From NCBI GenBank assembly GCA_035084275.1, contig CM068771.1, positions 4,278,001-4,342,000 on the forward strand: a DNA stretch of 64,000 bases. Reading direction: 5' to 3'. A program made the translations under genes and the position numbers. This DNA comes from Hydrolagus colliei (Eukaryota). The stretch's first letter is position 1; each line of letters starts with the position of its first letter. This document shows positions 35,933-50,115 of this stretch, in pieces. Under the pieces are notes generated by a model, which saw nothing but the letters and a program-made list of their open reading frames with translations, was not told where the DNA came from and did no database searches.

Positions 35933-38027
35933 CAAGGCCGTACGCAGGGGGGGTGCGACGGGTGCGTACGCACCCCCCCAAATTATAAAAGGTCCACATT
36001 TTCCGGGGTAGAGAACTGTATTTTTTATCAAATTTAAAACCAAGTAAATTTATTGAGCATTTGTGTAACAATCAATTCTTCAAAACGATGTATAAATTAT
36101 AAACTCACATCTTTGAATGATTTAGCATTAATATAAAATTATCGAGTCGCACACCAGAATCGGCGTCTACCCCAAAATATACCGCGTCGATAGACCAGTC
36201 CATGACGCGGCGAGTCTGTGACTCGTGATTGGATAAACATAGGCGCCAAGACTCAAACCCATCCTCGTTTGGAAATCATCCCGTAAACAGCCACAAGGGT
36301 AGCACCACTACTAGAAGTTAAATCATCTTTTAATCTGATCACCGTAAGTAAAAATTACTCAAGTTTTGAGAGGTGTGACTGTAATGCTAGCAAACAATGA
36401 CGACATATTTACAAGCTTCTGAGAACTTAAAGCTTTTGAGAACCCAACAAAAAAGTTATATGTGTCTGGACGGGAATGCCTATCTTTAAAAAAAATACTC
36501 ATGGACGTAGGCCTAGGCTTTAGCGCCTATTCCACGTGTTGTGTCAATCGGAAATCATCCCGTATACAGTCACTACATAAAAAGGTAGCACCACTTTGTG
36601 GAAGCTGAAATCGTATTTTAATCTGATAAATGTAAGTAAAAATGACTTAAGTTTTGATAGGCGTGTTTCTGAAATATCACGTTTCTTGTTTTGTCTTGAT
36701 TATCACATTTGATTTATATTATTAAAAATGTATTCCGGTAATTAAAAATTGCTTTTAGAGACGTCCACTGGCATGCAAATAAATATGACCGCAAAGATAA
36801 ACAGTGCTACTTTATTTCACTTTCAGTTTTGTACCCAGAGTGAAAAAACATCAATGTCGCACGAATTTGGCATAAAAATAGTTTCACCATCATCTGATCG
36901 AGCGAACTCTGGCATTGTCCATAGGACTATGGACAGTTTCCTCCCGGCTTCTCCAGCTATGTCCACTAAACCTAAGACGCCTCTGCAGTAATGTCTGTGA
37001 TACCAGTGTGGTAGTGTACCATATAGCTCACTATGTCAGATGCTGTCGCCAGTAAACGTTCAGGGCGTCTCTTAGAAGCCTGGTATGTACCTCACGAGTC
37101 ACCTAATCTCCTGGGTTTGCCTAAGTGTCCAGCATTCTGCTCCATATAGGAGCGACTTTCAGCACTCGCGTTAATGCACATTCATTATAATATGGAAATC
37201 GATATTGGTAGAGCGGTTGACGTATTGGCTTAAAAGCGACCGAGGCGTCTCGAATACGGAACGCTATTAAAGAATTTATTTCCCCTCCATTATTTTTTCA
37301 AGTATTTTTTCGTCAGATCAGTATTGCTTGATGGGTCACTTCCTTTAATTTTGATTCTAAATAAATAAATAAAAACTAACTACACTATTGCTCACAGTTC
37401 AACGATATTTTCAGGATAATGCTGATAACAGGCTGATAACACGTGTGAATTAACTGTTTGACACTGATTTTCAGTTTCTGTATATTTTCTTGTCTTTTAT
37501 AAAATTTGCTTTGCTGGAATATCTGCGCACATCATTCATACTTTACTCTTACATTATTGTTCATTACAGTCCGAAAGAAATTGAGTCTTAGGATAACAAT
37601 GCAGAACAACTTATTAATTACCGTCAATCTGTAGTTTATGATCATTTTCTCTTATACGCATACATTTATCAAGCATTCGTCATTGTACTGTGTTAATTGG
37701 ATTGTAATTTACTTTATCGTTCGCATTCCTTACATCATCGAGTCAACAATCGTGTTGGCTTTTATCGGCGAACACATTCGACCTTCCCAATTAGACACGG
37801 ACTACCGGGGAAAATAAAAACACTGAATAAATAATTATGCTCTTAAACACCAAGGGCATAAATACAGTTCATATTGGATCTTCTGAATCGATTAAATAAG
37901 ACCTCAAACTGTGTAAAACGTCGGAGCCTCGAGGGGGCCTCAGGGGCAGCCCGCAAGCCCCCGGCCATTGTTGGTCCCATCACTAGCAATTCGCACCCCC
38001 CCATTAAACATCCTGCGTACGGCCCTG
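35933..38027 (+). mobile_element. Non-autonomous hAT element with 5-bp TSD (hAT5-like)
   Basis: 16-bp TIR CAAGGCCGTACGCAGG / CCTGCGTACGGCCCTG; TSD TATTA on both sides; decayed transposase C-terminus RLSALALMHIHYNMEID at about 37153-37260. Confidence 0.85.
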
Positions 38028-39404
38028 TATTATTACATGAAGGTGTCCTCAACTACTGAAAATTACATGTAAAATCATATAAAATAATAATATTTTAATT
38101 TAAGATTTTAATTTAAGATAAAATAATAATAATTTAAATTTATGACCCAGCCACATTCGAAGAGGAAATTGCACTACGCCCCGAGGCTCTGGAACTCCCT
38201 CCCTCACTTCCTTCGCCTCTCCCCCCTCTCTTCCCAGTTTCACGTCCCAGCTCAAGCCCTTTCTCTTCGACCGTGCCTTTGGTCACCTTTCTCCCCCCCC
38301 CCCCCCACCACCTGCTCCTGGCTCGGGACCGGAATCCGTTACGGGGAGAGAGAAGGATTAAGGTAAACAGTGATAGAGGATTTCTAGTCAGGGCGAAATC
38401 TTAGGCAAATTTCCTTACTCTGCCAGACCTCTGTTTGTCCAGCAAACACAGCATCAACATGGGGTGAATTCTCCCTGTTCCAAAAAGGTGGAAACTCAAA
38501 CTCAACTCTCCTGTGTCTGTGTGTAACTCACGGTGTTTGTGAATGTTTCTGACTGACTCCGGTGGTTTGGGGGAAATCCCCAAAGAATGTACAGATTTAC
38601 ACAGAATGTACAGCAACGATACAGATTCAAACTTGTCTGTGCTGGTGTGTAATACTGCACATCGGTCTCCACCCATTCCTTACTCCCTCTCCTTCCATCC
38701 AATCCTCCTCCCTCCACCTCAGTCTCTTGACGGTGAGGTGGAGGGTCGCCAAAATGTGTGCCCGTCCTCTGTGTTGTTAAATTGGCTGCAGTCACTATAA
38801 AGGTTGGGGGTGGGGAGGGGTGGGGGTGGGGAGACAAGACCCAGTCTGCAGTCCGTGTCCTCTGCCTCTTCCAGCTCATGTCACTCACATCCAGGCCTGG
38901 CTCCACTGGCTCCCCAGCACTCAGAGAATGCAGTTGAAAATCCTGGTACTTGGCCACCGTCTATGACTCTATCAATTGCAAGGATTATTATTATTATTTT
39001 TATATTAAACTTACATTCGACTTCAAGATGTTTTTGACCCATTTATATTACCCATTTCTGACACATAATGAATATCTGGCTGATTTCCCAAAGTGTCTTA
39101 ACACTTTCTCCAAGTTTCAACAAACGTTCCAAGCAATTTCCCTCTTTTCCCCCCTTTCTCCCCTGACCCCACTTCCGTGACTGTCTGTGGGACGCTGCCG
39201 TGCGCAGTTTGGCTGCTGCGTTTCGCCCACAAATATACAGTCAATTCTCCTGCTCTCCTTCATCCTGCCCCTCCCTCCCCCACCCCCCCCACCCCTGCTC
39301 TGGACCCTACCTGACTGTACATCGCCTTGGGACGTCCTCTCAATGTGAAAGGCGCCACATAAATGTAAGTTTTGCTTGCTGGCTGGATGGCTGGATGACC
39401 GACC

Positions 39405-39960
39405 AATGGTTTCCAGAACTTTCTAGAAGCTTTAACACATTTTCAGCTGTTTGTCCAGCACTTTCTAGAAGTTACAGTAGTCACCAGTAGTGCCCAGCCC
39501 ACTTTCACGTGAATTTTTGGCTCATTTCCAGCTGCACATTCTTGAAATATCTGCTGATTTCCATCAATTTAGCACATTTCAATTCACTTTACAGTACATT
39601 CTGTGAAGCGCTTTGTGACGTTGATAAAACGTGAAAAGCGCCAGATCAAATGCGAGGATTATTATTATTATTTTCATCTTAAGATAATAATTACAACTTC
39701 ACGCAAACTTACATTCGACTTCAAGATGTTTTTGACACATTCACACATTTCCATTGCACATAATGAATCTCTGGCTGATTTCCCAAAGTGTCTTAACTCT
39801 TTCCCCAGTTTCAACAAAAGTTCCAAGCAATTGTATGGTTTCCAGAACTCTCCGGAAGCTTTCGCACACATCCAGCACTTTCCAGAAGCTACCGGCCGCG
39901 CCTGGTAATTTTGCATGAACCTCTGGCACGTGGCCAGCTGATCGTTCTGGAAGTTTAACC
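39405..39960 (+). promoter_or_regulatory. Distal HSEs upstream of hsp70 copy 2
   Basis: TTCcaGAActTTCtaGAAgcTTT 39410-39434, TTCcaGAActCTCcgGAAgcTTT 39839-39863, plus shorter sites. Confidence 0.78.
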
Positions 39961-40894
39961 CGATTCCCGTTGATCCCGGACGTCTCCGCACAATCACAAC
40001 AACAACAACAATAATAATTCCACACGAATTCGCGGTTGATTCCGGCTGTTTTTCCCGCTAATTTTCAGCAGATTGCCAGCAGTTTGGAGGCATTGTTTTT
40101 TTACTGAAGTTTGGGGCTGATTTTGAGGCGTTTGAGCCCCTTTTCCCTGTTGACCCCCCCAGGTCTGAGCCCCTCCCCCAGGTCTGAGCCCCTCCCCCAG
40201 GTCTGAGCCCCTCCCCCAGGTCTGAGCCCCTCCCCCAGGTCTGAGCCCCTCCCCCAGGTCTGAGCCCCTCCCCCAGGTCAGATCTCCCAGAGCTGGGAAT
40301 GAAGTTCCTCTGATTTCCAGCTGTTTCTGGACTGGGTTCCTTCCTGAAGTCTCCACAACGTTCCACGCGCTCCGATTGGCCGCCGACCAGGAAGCGGCCG
40401 GGGGCGTCCTCTTTGTGACATCACCTTGACGCCCTCTGATTGGCCCCCCTCCACCCCCCCCCCCCCCGAGGCCGCCAAGCCCCGCCCACAACCAAGAAAC
40501 CAGCCTTTATATACAGGGCGAGGAGTGAAGCCAGGCTCAGACACTGAGACAGACTGAGAGTCAGACTGACACTGAGACAGACTGACACTGAGACAGACTG
40601 ACACTGAGACAGACTGACACTGAGACAGACTGACATTGAGACAGACTGAGAGTCAGACTGACACTGAGACAGACTGACACTGAGAGGGGCTGAGAGACTG
40701 AAAGCCTGAGAAACAAGAAGGGAGAGCGAGAGAAAGAAGAGAGAGAGCGAAGGACGGAGCTACAAGAAGAAGACATAAAGAGGAAAACACCTTCGCGGCG
40801 ACTTCAGTCCAAGACTCACTGACATTGGGACAGCGATTCGGAGCCAAAGGATCTAAGTCACGTACAGACGCGCTCACGTACAGACGGCAGGACA

Positions 40895-42748
40895 ATGGCC
40901 CCAGCGATTGGCATCGACCTGGGCACCACCTACTCGTGTGTGGGTGTGTTCCAGCACGGCAAGGTGGAGATCATCGCCAACGACCAGGGCAACCGCACCA
41001 CACCCAGCTACGTGGCCTTCAACGACACCGAGAGGCTGATCGGCGAAGCCGCCAAGAACCAAGCGGCCCTCAACCCCCCCAACACCGTCTTCGATGCCAA
41101 GAGGCTGATCGGGAGGAAGTTCGATGACCCTGTGGTGCAGGCGGACATGAAGCACTGGCCTTTCCAGGTGGTGAGCCAGGGGGGCAAGCCCAAGGTGCAG
41201 GTTGAGTACAAGGGAGAGTCCAAGACGTTCAACCCCGAAGAGATCTCGTCCATGGTTCTGACCAAGATGAAGGAGATCGCCGAGGCTTATCTGGGCTCCA
41301 GAGTCACCAACGCTGTCATCACGGTGCCCGCTTACTTCAACGACTCCCAGCGCCAGGCCACCAAAGACGCCGGGATGATCGCGGGGCTCAACGTCCTTCG
41401 CATCATTAATGAGCCCACGGCAGCCGCCATCGCCTACGGTCTGGACAAGAAGGGCCAGGGGGAGAAGAACGTCCTGATCTTTGACCTGGGTGGAGGCACC
41501 TTCGACGTGTCCATCCTCGCCATCGACGGCGGGATCTTTGAGGTCAAATCCACAGCCGGTGACACCCACCTGGGGGGCGAGGACTTTGACAGCCGTATGG
41601 TCGACCACTTCATCCAGGAGTTCAAGAGGAAAAACAAGAGGGACATCAGCCAGAACAAGAGAGCAGTCAGGAGGCTGAGGACAGCCTGCGAGAGAGCAAA
41701 GAGGACTCTGTCTTCAAGCACCCAAGCCAGCATTGAGATCGACTCACTGTTTGAGGGAATTGACTTCTACACCTCCATCACCAGGGCACGGTTTGAGGAG
41801 CTCAATGGAGACCTGTTCAGAGGAACCCTGGAGCCAGTGGAGAAAGCGTTGACAGACGCCAAGCTGGACAAGTCTCAGATCCACGAAGTTGTCCTCGTCG
41901 GTGGCTCCACTCGCATCCCGAAGATCCAGAAGCTTCTACAGGATTTCTTCAACGGCCGAGAGCTGAACAAGAGCATCAACCCGGATGAGGCAGTGGCCTA
42001 CGGGGCAGCTGTGCAAGCCGCCATCTTGATGGGCGACAAGTCTGAGAATGTGCAGGATCTGCTCCTGCTGGACGTGACTCCTCTGTCCCTGGGTCTGGAG
42101 ACAGCGGGAGGCGTCATGACCTCCCTCATCAAGAGAAACTCAACCATACCCTCCAAACAGACCCAGGTCTTCACCACCTACTCCGACAACCAGTCCGGTG
42201 TCTTGGTGCAAGTCTACGAGGGCGAGAGAGCCATGACCAAGGACAACAACCTCCTGGGCAAGTTTGAGCTGAGTGGAATCCCCCCGGCTCCCCGCGGGGT
42301 CCCGCAGATCCAGGTTACCTTCGACATCGATGCCAACGGCATCCTTAGTGTCTCGGCCGCTGACAAGAGCACTGGTAATGAGAACAAGATCACCATCACC
42401 AACGAGAAGGGCCGGCTGAGCAAGGAGGAGATCGAGAGGATGGTGCAGGAGGCTGAGAGGTACAAGGCGGATGATGAGACGCAGCGGGAGAGGGTGATGG
42501 CCAAGAACAAGCTGGAGTCGTTCGTCTACACAGCCAAAAGCGCGATGGAGGACAAGAGCATGGAGGGCAAGGTGGGAGAGGAGGACAGGCGGCAGGTGCT
42601 GGACAAGTGCAAACAGGTCATCAACTGGCTGGATGGAAACCAGACAGCGGAGAAGGAAGAGTTTGAGCACCAGCTGAAGGAGCTGGAGAGGGTGTGCAGT
42701 CCTGTCATGGCCAGGCTGAGGCAGGGAGGGGCAGAGGGCGGTCAGTGA
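40895..42748 (+). CDS. hsp70: Intronless heat-inducible cytosolic Hsp70, copy 2; readthrough end would be 42799
   Basis: Near-identical to copy 1: about 5 nt differences by eye, one amino-acid change (AKCAM vs AKSAM). Confidence 0.97.
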   Translation: MAPAIGIDLGTTYSCVGVFQHGKVEIIANDQGNRTTPSYVAFNDTERLIGEAAKNQAALNPPNTVFDAKRLIGRKFDDPVVQADMKHWPFQVVSQGGKPKVQVEYKGESKTFNPEEISSMVLTKMKEIAEAYLGSRVTNAVITVPAYFNDSQRQATKDAGMIAGLNVLRIINEPTAAAIAYGLDKKGQGEKNVLIFDLGGGTFDVSILAIDGGIFEVKSTAGDTHLGGEDFDSRMVDHFIQEFKRKNKRDISQNKRAVRRLRTACERAKRTLSSSTQASIEIDSLFEGIDFYTSITRARFEELNGDLFRGTLEPVEKALTDAKLDKSQIHEVVLVGGSTRIPKIQKLLQDFFNGRELNKSINPDEAVAYGAAVQAAILMGDKSENVQDLLLLDVTPLSLGLETAGGVMTSLIKRNSTIPSKQTQVFTTYSDNQSGVLVQVYEGERAMTKDNNLLGKFELSGIPPAPRGVPQIQVTFDIDANGILSVSAADKSTGNENKITITNEKGRLSKEEIERMVQEAERYKADDETQRERVMAKNKLESFVYTAKSAMEDKSMEGKVGEEDRRQVLDKCKQVINWLDGNQTAEKEEFEHQLKELERVCSPVMARLRQGGAEGGQ

Positions 42749-43121
42749 TCAGGCAAGAGCTGCCCATCTACCGGCCCAACCGTGGAGGAAGTCGATTAAA
42801 CGTCAGCCGATGGACTTCCTGCCCCTTTGGCTTTTCTGTACCTGCTCAGGTGTTAACCTTTCCCACCTTCAGACACTTTGGGATATATGTATAAATGATA
42901 AACGTATAGGGCTATGGGTTAAGAGTAAGGGTGTGGGACTGATTAGGTAGATCTTTCAAACAGCCAGCGCAGATACAATGGGCCTAATGGTCTACTTATT
43001 TGCAGTAAGATTGAATGATTCTATGTATATTTTGAACTAATGATCTGCTATGAATGTATGTCACAGCGACAGCAGCTGGACTCCGAATTTTATTTTATTA
43101 AACTGTTTGTACCCGATGTAC

Positions 43122-43156
<35 letters not shown>

Positions 43157-44100
43157 ATTCATACTGGCTCAAACACTGGGGCCCTCAACTCTGAGTCAGA
43201 CGGTTGTGGGTGGAAGCCACACACTGGGCCGTGGAACCACAGTCTACCATGACACTTGAATGCAGGCGCTGGGTGGGGAGGGGGGCGTTGGGTGGGGGAG
43301 GGGGAGGGTGGAGTGTGGGGTTTGCGACATCGTCAGAACTGGCATTCATCAAACGAAACATTAAAGTGAGCTCCCGTCAGCGCAGTGTTTCACAAACAGT
43401 TGTGGATTTTGTGAGCAAATGTTATTATTGTTAAGGGATTGTGACCCCAGTAAAGTGATCGGAAATCGCCCTAGAACTGTGGTCCTTTTCCCTGCTGGAT
43501 AAACAGAGGCTTGTGGAATGGCGGTGTTGATGGGGAAACTTCACCCTATTATTCACAGTAAAACATCAATAATAATCCTGACGTTTGAGAAGCGCCTTTC
43601 GTGTCAGGTGGACATCTCAAAGAGGTTACACCATAAACATAAGAGCTGAGAACTTCTAGGACATGGTTATACAGTAAAATTCACATCAGTATTATTGCTA
43701 ACATCAGACCTGGACCCGAGTAAATTTACCTTTCCTTCGTGTCTCCCGATGTAGGTAAGTTAGAGTGCGATATCAGAAACAGAATCATTTACTGAGGGTT
43801 AAATTGACTGGCTGGGTGGATACAGTGGACGCCGGTTAAATCGGACATGAAAGGGCCGAGCATTTAATCTGAAATAAGCAGCTTCTGAGGCTGACCGCTA
43901 TCGATGTATTAAATCTCATCCTTTGTTTTAACCCAATTACTGACAACATAGTAACGCCAATTACTACAACATATAGCGCCTCTGATGTCAGGAGGAAGTC
44001 CCGAGGCACTGTCACCAATTGCTGATGTGTAAAGCCCTGAACACAATGCTCACTGTCATTTACAAACTAAGAAGGTGATTGATACCTTGATAAATAGTGT

Positions 44101-45666
44101 TCACAGAAAACGGGTAAAAAAAAAGTGACAGAAATTTAAACTTTTTTTATTGAAAAGTTCTCTCAAGTCGGACTGTACGAGATCAGCGTGGCGTCGCTCT
44201 CTGATGCTCGCAACGATGTTGTTAAGTGCGTTCGAAAACTTGTTGTAGAGTCCGCTCTTTAGTAAGAAGCGTTCAGCCTCTCGCAGGCCAGTCAGAGCTG
44301 TGCTGGCTGTCACAGGCGAGGCCCCATTGTCCTCAGAGTCGCTGTCGCTGCTGTTCTCGACTAGTAGGCGCTCGGCGGCAACAGCTTCGGCCACGATATT
44401 CTCCTGACCTTGGGGATCACGGCAAGGTAGATCAGAGTCAATGTCCAGGAACTGGTCAGCGATCTGCCTCTCGCCCTCGGCCTCTGTGCTTGTCTTCTCG
44501 TCAGCCTCAGCACAGGGAGCAGCGTCACCAGACGCAAACCCTGCCTTTGCGAAGCAATTGGATATCATCGCAGGCTCCATGCTCTCCCAGGCCCTGGCAG
44601 CCATGCCGATGGCATCCAGCAGGCTGATGTGTCTGGCCATCTTTCCCACCGAGGCCTGTGGGCTGATGGTGTTGCTGTCAATGGCGTCGAGGAGGCGATT
44701 CCGTAGCTCCTCGCGGTAGGAAAGCTTCAGGTGTCGGATGATTCCTTGACCCATGGGTTGGATCATGGTGGTGTCCGGGGGAATCAGCTCCAGGCAGATG
44801 TTCTTAAGCATTGGGACGGTCAGATGACACGGTGCGCTGTCCATGAGAAGAAGAATTTTACGCCCCAGGTTGACCAGCTCTGTGTCCCACTGCACCAGCC
44901 ACTCCTTAAATATCGTTCCTGTCATCCACGCCATTTTGTTGGCCTTATAGGTGACAGGCAGAACGGCGCAGTCGACTCCCTGCATACAGCGAGGGCGCTG
45001 GCTCTTCCCGATGACCAGCAGTTTGCGCCGGTCGCAGCCGGTCATGTTGGCGCAGACCATCAGCGTGACACTGTCCGTCGCTCCCTTTACACCACTCGGC
45101 TCCGTCGGGTGCAAATACGAGCCGTTGGACACCGTGCGATAGCGCAGCCCCGTTTCCTCCGCGTTGTAGATGGCATCTGGGGCATAGGAAGAGAGCAGCA
45201 CGGTGCGGGAGTTAGCGCCCTCTAGGCCAGCGCTCCTCAGCTTTCCGGGAAACAGCCTGTACACTATGTTGTTACGTGCCTTCCAGCGGCTAAACCAGCC
45301 GTCGGTCACGGTGAACCCCGGCTTCCCGAGCTCGTGCGCCAGGCTCTGCGCCTTGGCTTTGAGGATGGGCCCATTGAGCGGCTGCCCCTCGGTGGACGCC
45401 CTTTGGAACCACAGGAGGAGAGCGAGCTCCACCTGGGGATCTTTGCCTTTGCGATCCCTCTTCTTACGCAGACCCACGTCGCCCTCGGCCAAGGTGGCCG
45501 CTGTCCGGCGCAGCTTCGTCTCACTGGCGACGAGGTCACCCAGCGTCGACTTCTTGACCCCGAGCCTCCTGGCCAGTTCGCGCAGGGGATTCCCCCGCGG
45601 CTCCAACCTGACCCTGTCTAACACTTCTATCTTCTCCAAAAGCGTCCGGGACATTTTCTTCGACAT
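44101..45666 (-). CDS. TIGD-like protein, copy 2, 521 aa with C-terminal frameshift extension
   Basis: Paralog of 20354-21883. A 7-T versus 6-T run near 44142 changes the ending NKKV* to NKKSLNFCHFFFTRFL*. Confidence 0.85.
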   Translation of the reverse strand: MSKKMSRTLLEKIEVLDRVRLEPRGNPLRELARRLGVKKSTLGDLVASETKLRRTAATLAEGDVGLRKKRDRKGKDPQVELALLLWFQRASTEGQPLNGPILKAKAQSLAHELGKPGFTVTDGWFSRWKARNNIVYRLFPGKLRSAGLEGANSRTVLLSSYAPDAIYNAEETGLRYRTVSNGSYLHPTEPSGVKGATDSVTLMVCANMTGCDRRKLLVIGKSQRPRCMQGVDCAVLPVTYKANKMAWMTGTIFKEWLVQWDTELVNLGRKILLLMDSAPCHLTVPMLKNICLELIPPDTTMIQPMGQGIIRHLKLSYREELRNRLLDAIDSNTISPQASVGKMARHISLLDAIGMAARAWESMEPAMISNCFAKAGFASGDAAPCAEADEKTSTEAEGERQIADQFLDIDSDLPCRDPQGQENIVAEAVAAERLLVENSSDSDSEDNGASPVTASTALTGLREAERFLLKSGLYNKFSNALNNIVASIRERRHADLVQSDLRELFNKKSLNFCHFFFTRFL

Positions 45667-45752
45667 TATGGCTTCTTATGTGTTGAGAGGATGACACAAG
45701 TTTAACAATAGAAAATAATACTTCCGATGTCTCAAATGGCTTCACAGGTCTT

Positions 45753-45783
<31 letters not shown>

Positions 45784-47480
45784 GAAGGGAGGAAATGTCT
45801 GGTTCATTCCCGTCCGCCGGGAAATGTCCGGGAAGCGTCTGGTTCCTTCCCGAAGCGGTCGATGTCCCGCCCCCTTTCCCTCCCTCCCGCTGGCTGCTGA
45901 TTGGCCGCCCCCACGGAGCTTCAGCGAACAGACCAGGTTTGAGGCAGGAGGAAACACACACACACTTTATCTGCCGTGTTAGTGTTAGTGCCCAGTCCCT
46001 CTTCACAACTACCCCTTTACCCTCTTTTCCCCCTTTCTCCCCCGGCCCCGTTTCCGCGACTGTTTGCGGGGGACGCTGCTGCGCGCGATTTGGCTGCCGC
46101 GTTTCACCCACAAATGTACAGTCAATTCTCCTACCCTCCTTCATCCCGCCCCAACCCCTCCCCATCGCCCCTGGTCTTGTCCCTACCTGTCTGTACAGCT
46201 CCTCGGGACGTCCCCTCGACGCGAAAGGCGATATATAAACGTAAGTTTTGATTGATTTCGTGGATGAAACGTGGCAGCCGTTTGCACACGGCAGTGTCCC
46301 ACAAACAGCCGTTGATTGGGTGACCCACAATCGAGTAACACGGGCATTCCTACTTACCGCTAGTTAAACAGAGGCATGCGAAGGTACTTCCCTGCCCAGG
46401 AATCGAATCTGGGTCCTCTCGCTCGAGAGGCGAGAGAGCTAACCACTGAACTGCAAGACTCCACAAACTCAACGGTGCTCGAGTACCTTTGCAATCTGCA
46501 CACCAACTGATTCTCTGGGACTATTTAAGCTGTCGTTGGCTGAATGAGAATATTGGTCATGTATTGCAGAATGCACAGCTTTGAATATACATCTTGAAAT
46601 ACAATAATAATAATAATAATCCTTGCATTTGACGCAGCGCTTTTCACACTTCATCGTCTTAGAGATTTTTCAAAGCGCTTCACGGAATATACTGTGAAGT
46701 GAAGCGACTGTATATATTTGTGGGCGAAACGCAGCAGCCAATTGCGCACAGCAGCGTCCCCCACACACAGTCGTGGATTGAAATGACAAATTTCTTTATT
46801 GTGTTTATTTGGAGGGATTATTATTGTGTGTGTGTGTGTGTCTGTGTGTGTGTGTGTGTCTGTGTGTATGTGTGGAGTAAGGAAACTTGCCCAAGGTTTC
46901 GCCCTGACCTGCCTGGATTTGAACACAGGTCTCACGCTCGTGAAGGCGAGTGCTCTAACCACTGAGCTACAGGAGCTACAGAATATAATATATTATGTTA
47001 TAACGAGGGCTGGTTTAAAGCAAAATCTCAGAAGTATCCAATACCAATGCCATTTTAGAAACTAAATTTAAAAAATTTTAGTAATTAAATTTAAAATATC
47101 TCCCCGAGAGCCAACCCCCTCCCGCCTGATCTAAGCCTGCTCTTCCCTTGTGGAGAGGTGCAGCCATGTGGTCGGTGACTGAGAGTGAAACTCGTCTCTT
47201 CGCTTCTCACACGATTGCAAACAGTGGCTCCAACGCGCCCCTCACTGGCCAGCCTTAACACACAGCTTCCAATTGTGTGTGTGTGTGTGTGCACAGTCAG
47301 TATGTGTGTGTGTGTGTGTGCACAGTCAGTATGTGTGTGTGTGTGCACAGTCAGTATGTGTGTGTGTGTGTGTATGTAAAGTCTATGTGTATGTATCTGT
47401 GTGTATGCAGACTGTGTGTTTGTATTCTGTGTGTACAGTATGTGTGTGGGCGTATATACATTCTGTGTGTGTACAGTATA

Positions 47481-50115
47481 CAGGGCCGTACGCAGGATGT
47501 TTAATGGGGGGGTGCGAATTGCTAGTGAAGGGACCAACAATGGCCGGGGGCTTGGGGGCTGCCCCCGGGGCCCCCTCGAGGCTCCGACGTTTTACACAGT
47601 TTGAGGTCTTATTTAATCGGTTCAGAAGATCCAATATGAACGGTATTTATGCCCTTGGTGTTTAAGAGCATCATTATTTATTCAGTGTTTATATTTTCCC
47701 CGGTAGTCCATGTCTAATTGGGAAGGTCGAATGTGTTCGCCGATAAAAGCCAACACGATTGTTGACTCGATGATGTAAGGAATGCGAACGATAAAGTAAA
47801 TTACAATCCAATTAACACAGTACAATGACGAATGCTTGATAAATGTATGCGTATAAGAGAAAATGATCATAAACTACAGATTGACGGTAACTAATAAGTT
47901 GTTCTGCATTGTTATCCTAAGACTAAACTTCTTTCGGACTGTAATGAACAATAATGTAAGAATAAAGTATGAATGATGTGCTCAGATATTCCAGCAAAGC
48001 AAATTTTATAAAAGACAAGAAAATATACAGAAACTGAAAATCAGTGTCAAACAGTTAATTCACACGTGTTACAAGCCTGTTATCAGCATTATCCTGAAAA
48101 TATCGTTGAACTGTGAGCAATAGTGTAGTTAGTTTTTATTTATTTAGAATCAAAATGAAAGGCAGTGACCCATCAAGCAATACTGACCTGACGAAAAAAT
48201 ACTTGAAAAAATAATGGAGGGGAAATTAATTCTTTAATAGCGTTCCGTATTCGAGACGCCTCGGTCGCTTTTAAGCGAATACGTCAACCGCTCTACCAAT
48301 ATCGATTTCCATATTATAATGAATGTGCATTAACGCGAGGGCTGAAAGTCGCTCCTATACGGAGCAGAATGCTGGACACTTAGGCAAACCCAGGAGATTA
48401 GGTGACTCATGAGGTATATACCAGGCTTCTCAAAGACGCCCTGAACGTTTACTGGCGACAGCATCTGACAAATTGTGAGCTATATGGTACACTACCACAC
48501 TGGTATCACAGACATTACCGCAGAGGCGTCTTAGGTTTAGCGGACATAGCTGGAGAAGCCGGGAGGAAACTGTCCATAGTGCTACTATCCTATGGGAACC
48601 ATTGCACGGTCACAGAACACGAGGTAGACCGACCCTAACCTACCTCGCTACATGAAATGCACGGATTATATTATTATTCAAAGAGAGAAAGAGTGACTTT
48701 CAGAGGAGTCACGTTGAAGAGATTTGTGTAGGAAGAGCTGTTGCTTTGCAGACTCGACTGCACCTGTCCTTTATATCCCGCTGGTGTGAGGAAGCAGTTC
48801 TGGGGACCTCAACTCTAACAGGTGCAGGTTAACAATCCTTTAAGTTATAGCCAATTACGTGACACTGCCCACAAACCCTGAAAATAAATCTCAGTTGTCA
48901 ATCAGTCAGATATGCAACCTCGACCTTGGGAATGTCTTCAGATTCAGAGGCACTGAGTAGGAGGGAAAGAAAGTTTCCCACAGGTGATAGAAGACAGCAG
49001 CATCACCTGGCGAGTCGCCTGGCACAGTGAATAGCACTCTGGCCTCTGAGTCAGAAAGTTGTGGGTTCAAACCCCACGTCGGCACTCGGTATCACACAGA
49101 GGAAGCTGACACTTCAATGTGGTGCTGGGGGGGGGGGGGGTGTCCCATTGTTAGAGGCTGTTCTTTTGGTTGAGATGCTGAACCGAGGTCTGATCCGTCT
49201 GTTTAGATGGATGTGAAAAGATCCTCTGACACTACTCGAAAAGCGGAGGGAAGTCTCTCTGCTGTTGTCCTGGCCAACAAACGCCCCCAAATAAAATCGG
49301 TGACTCACTCCATCGGTGTTTGTGGGACAATCCTGGGCAAAAACTGGCCACTTTACAGTACGTTTTGTGAAGCGCTCTGAGCTGTCTGACAATGTACTAA
49401 GGCACTATTATCAATTGCTAACATTATCAGATTAAAATACGATTTCAGCTTCCACAAAGTGGTGCTACCTTTTTATGTAGTGACTGTATACGGGATGATT
49501 TCCGATTGACACACCACGTAGAATAGGCGCTAAAGCCTAGGTCTATGTCCATGCGTATTTTTGTTAAAGATAGGCATTCCCGTCCAGCATATAACTTTTT
49601 GTTGGGTTCTCAAAAGCTTTAATTTCTCAGAAGCTTGTAAATATGTTGTCATTGTTTGCTAGCATTACAGTCACACCTCTCAAAACTTGAGTCATTTTTA
49701 CTTACGGTGATCAGATGAAAAGATGATTTTAACTCCAGAATTGGTGCTGCCCCTTGTGGCTGTTTACGGGATGATTTCCAAACGAGGATTTGAGTCTTGG
49801 CGCCTATGTTTATCCAATCACGAGTCACAGACTCGCCGCGTCATGGACTGGTCTATCGACGCGGTATGTTTTGGGGTAGACGCCGATTCTGGTGCGCGAC
49901 TCGATAATTTTATATTAATACTAAATCATTCAAAGATGTGAGTTTATAATTTATACATAGTTTTGAAGAACTGATTGTTACTCAAATGTTCAATAAATTT
50001 ACTTGGTATTTAAATTTGATAAAAAAATACAATTCTCTACCCCGGAAAATGTGGACCTTTTATAATTTGGGGGGGTGCGTACGCACCCGTCGCACCCCCC
50101 CTGCGTACGGCCTTG
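47481..50115 (-). mobile_element. Second hAT5-like insertion, opposite orientation, with a replaced internal segment containing a SINE (about 48590-49410)
   Basis: Same TIRs; TSD GTATA; paralogous empty site GTACAGTATATTGAC at about 23598-23612. Confidence 0.88.

Noticed and set aside
38401-38957. Minus-strand ORFs with vague SPRY- or Ig-like words
   Set aside because: No coherent domain motif or splice structure could be established by eye.
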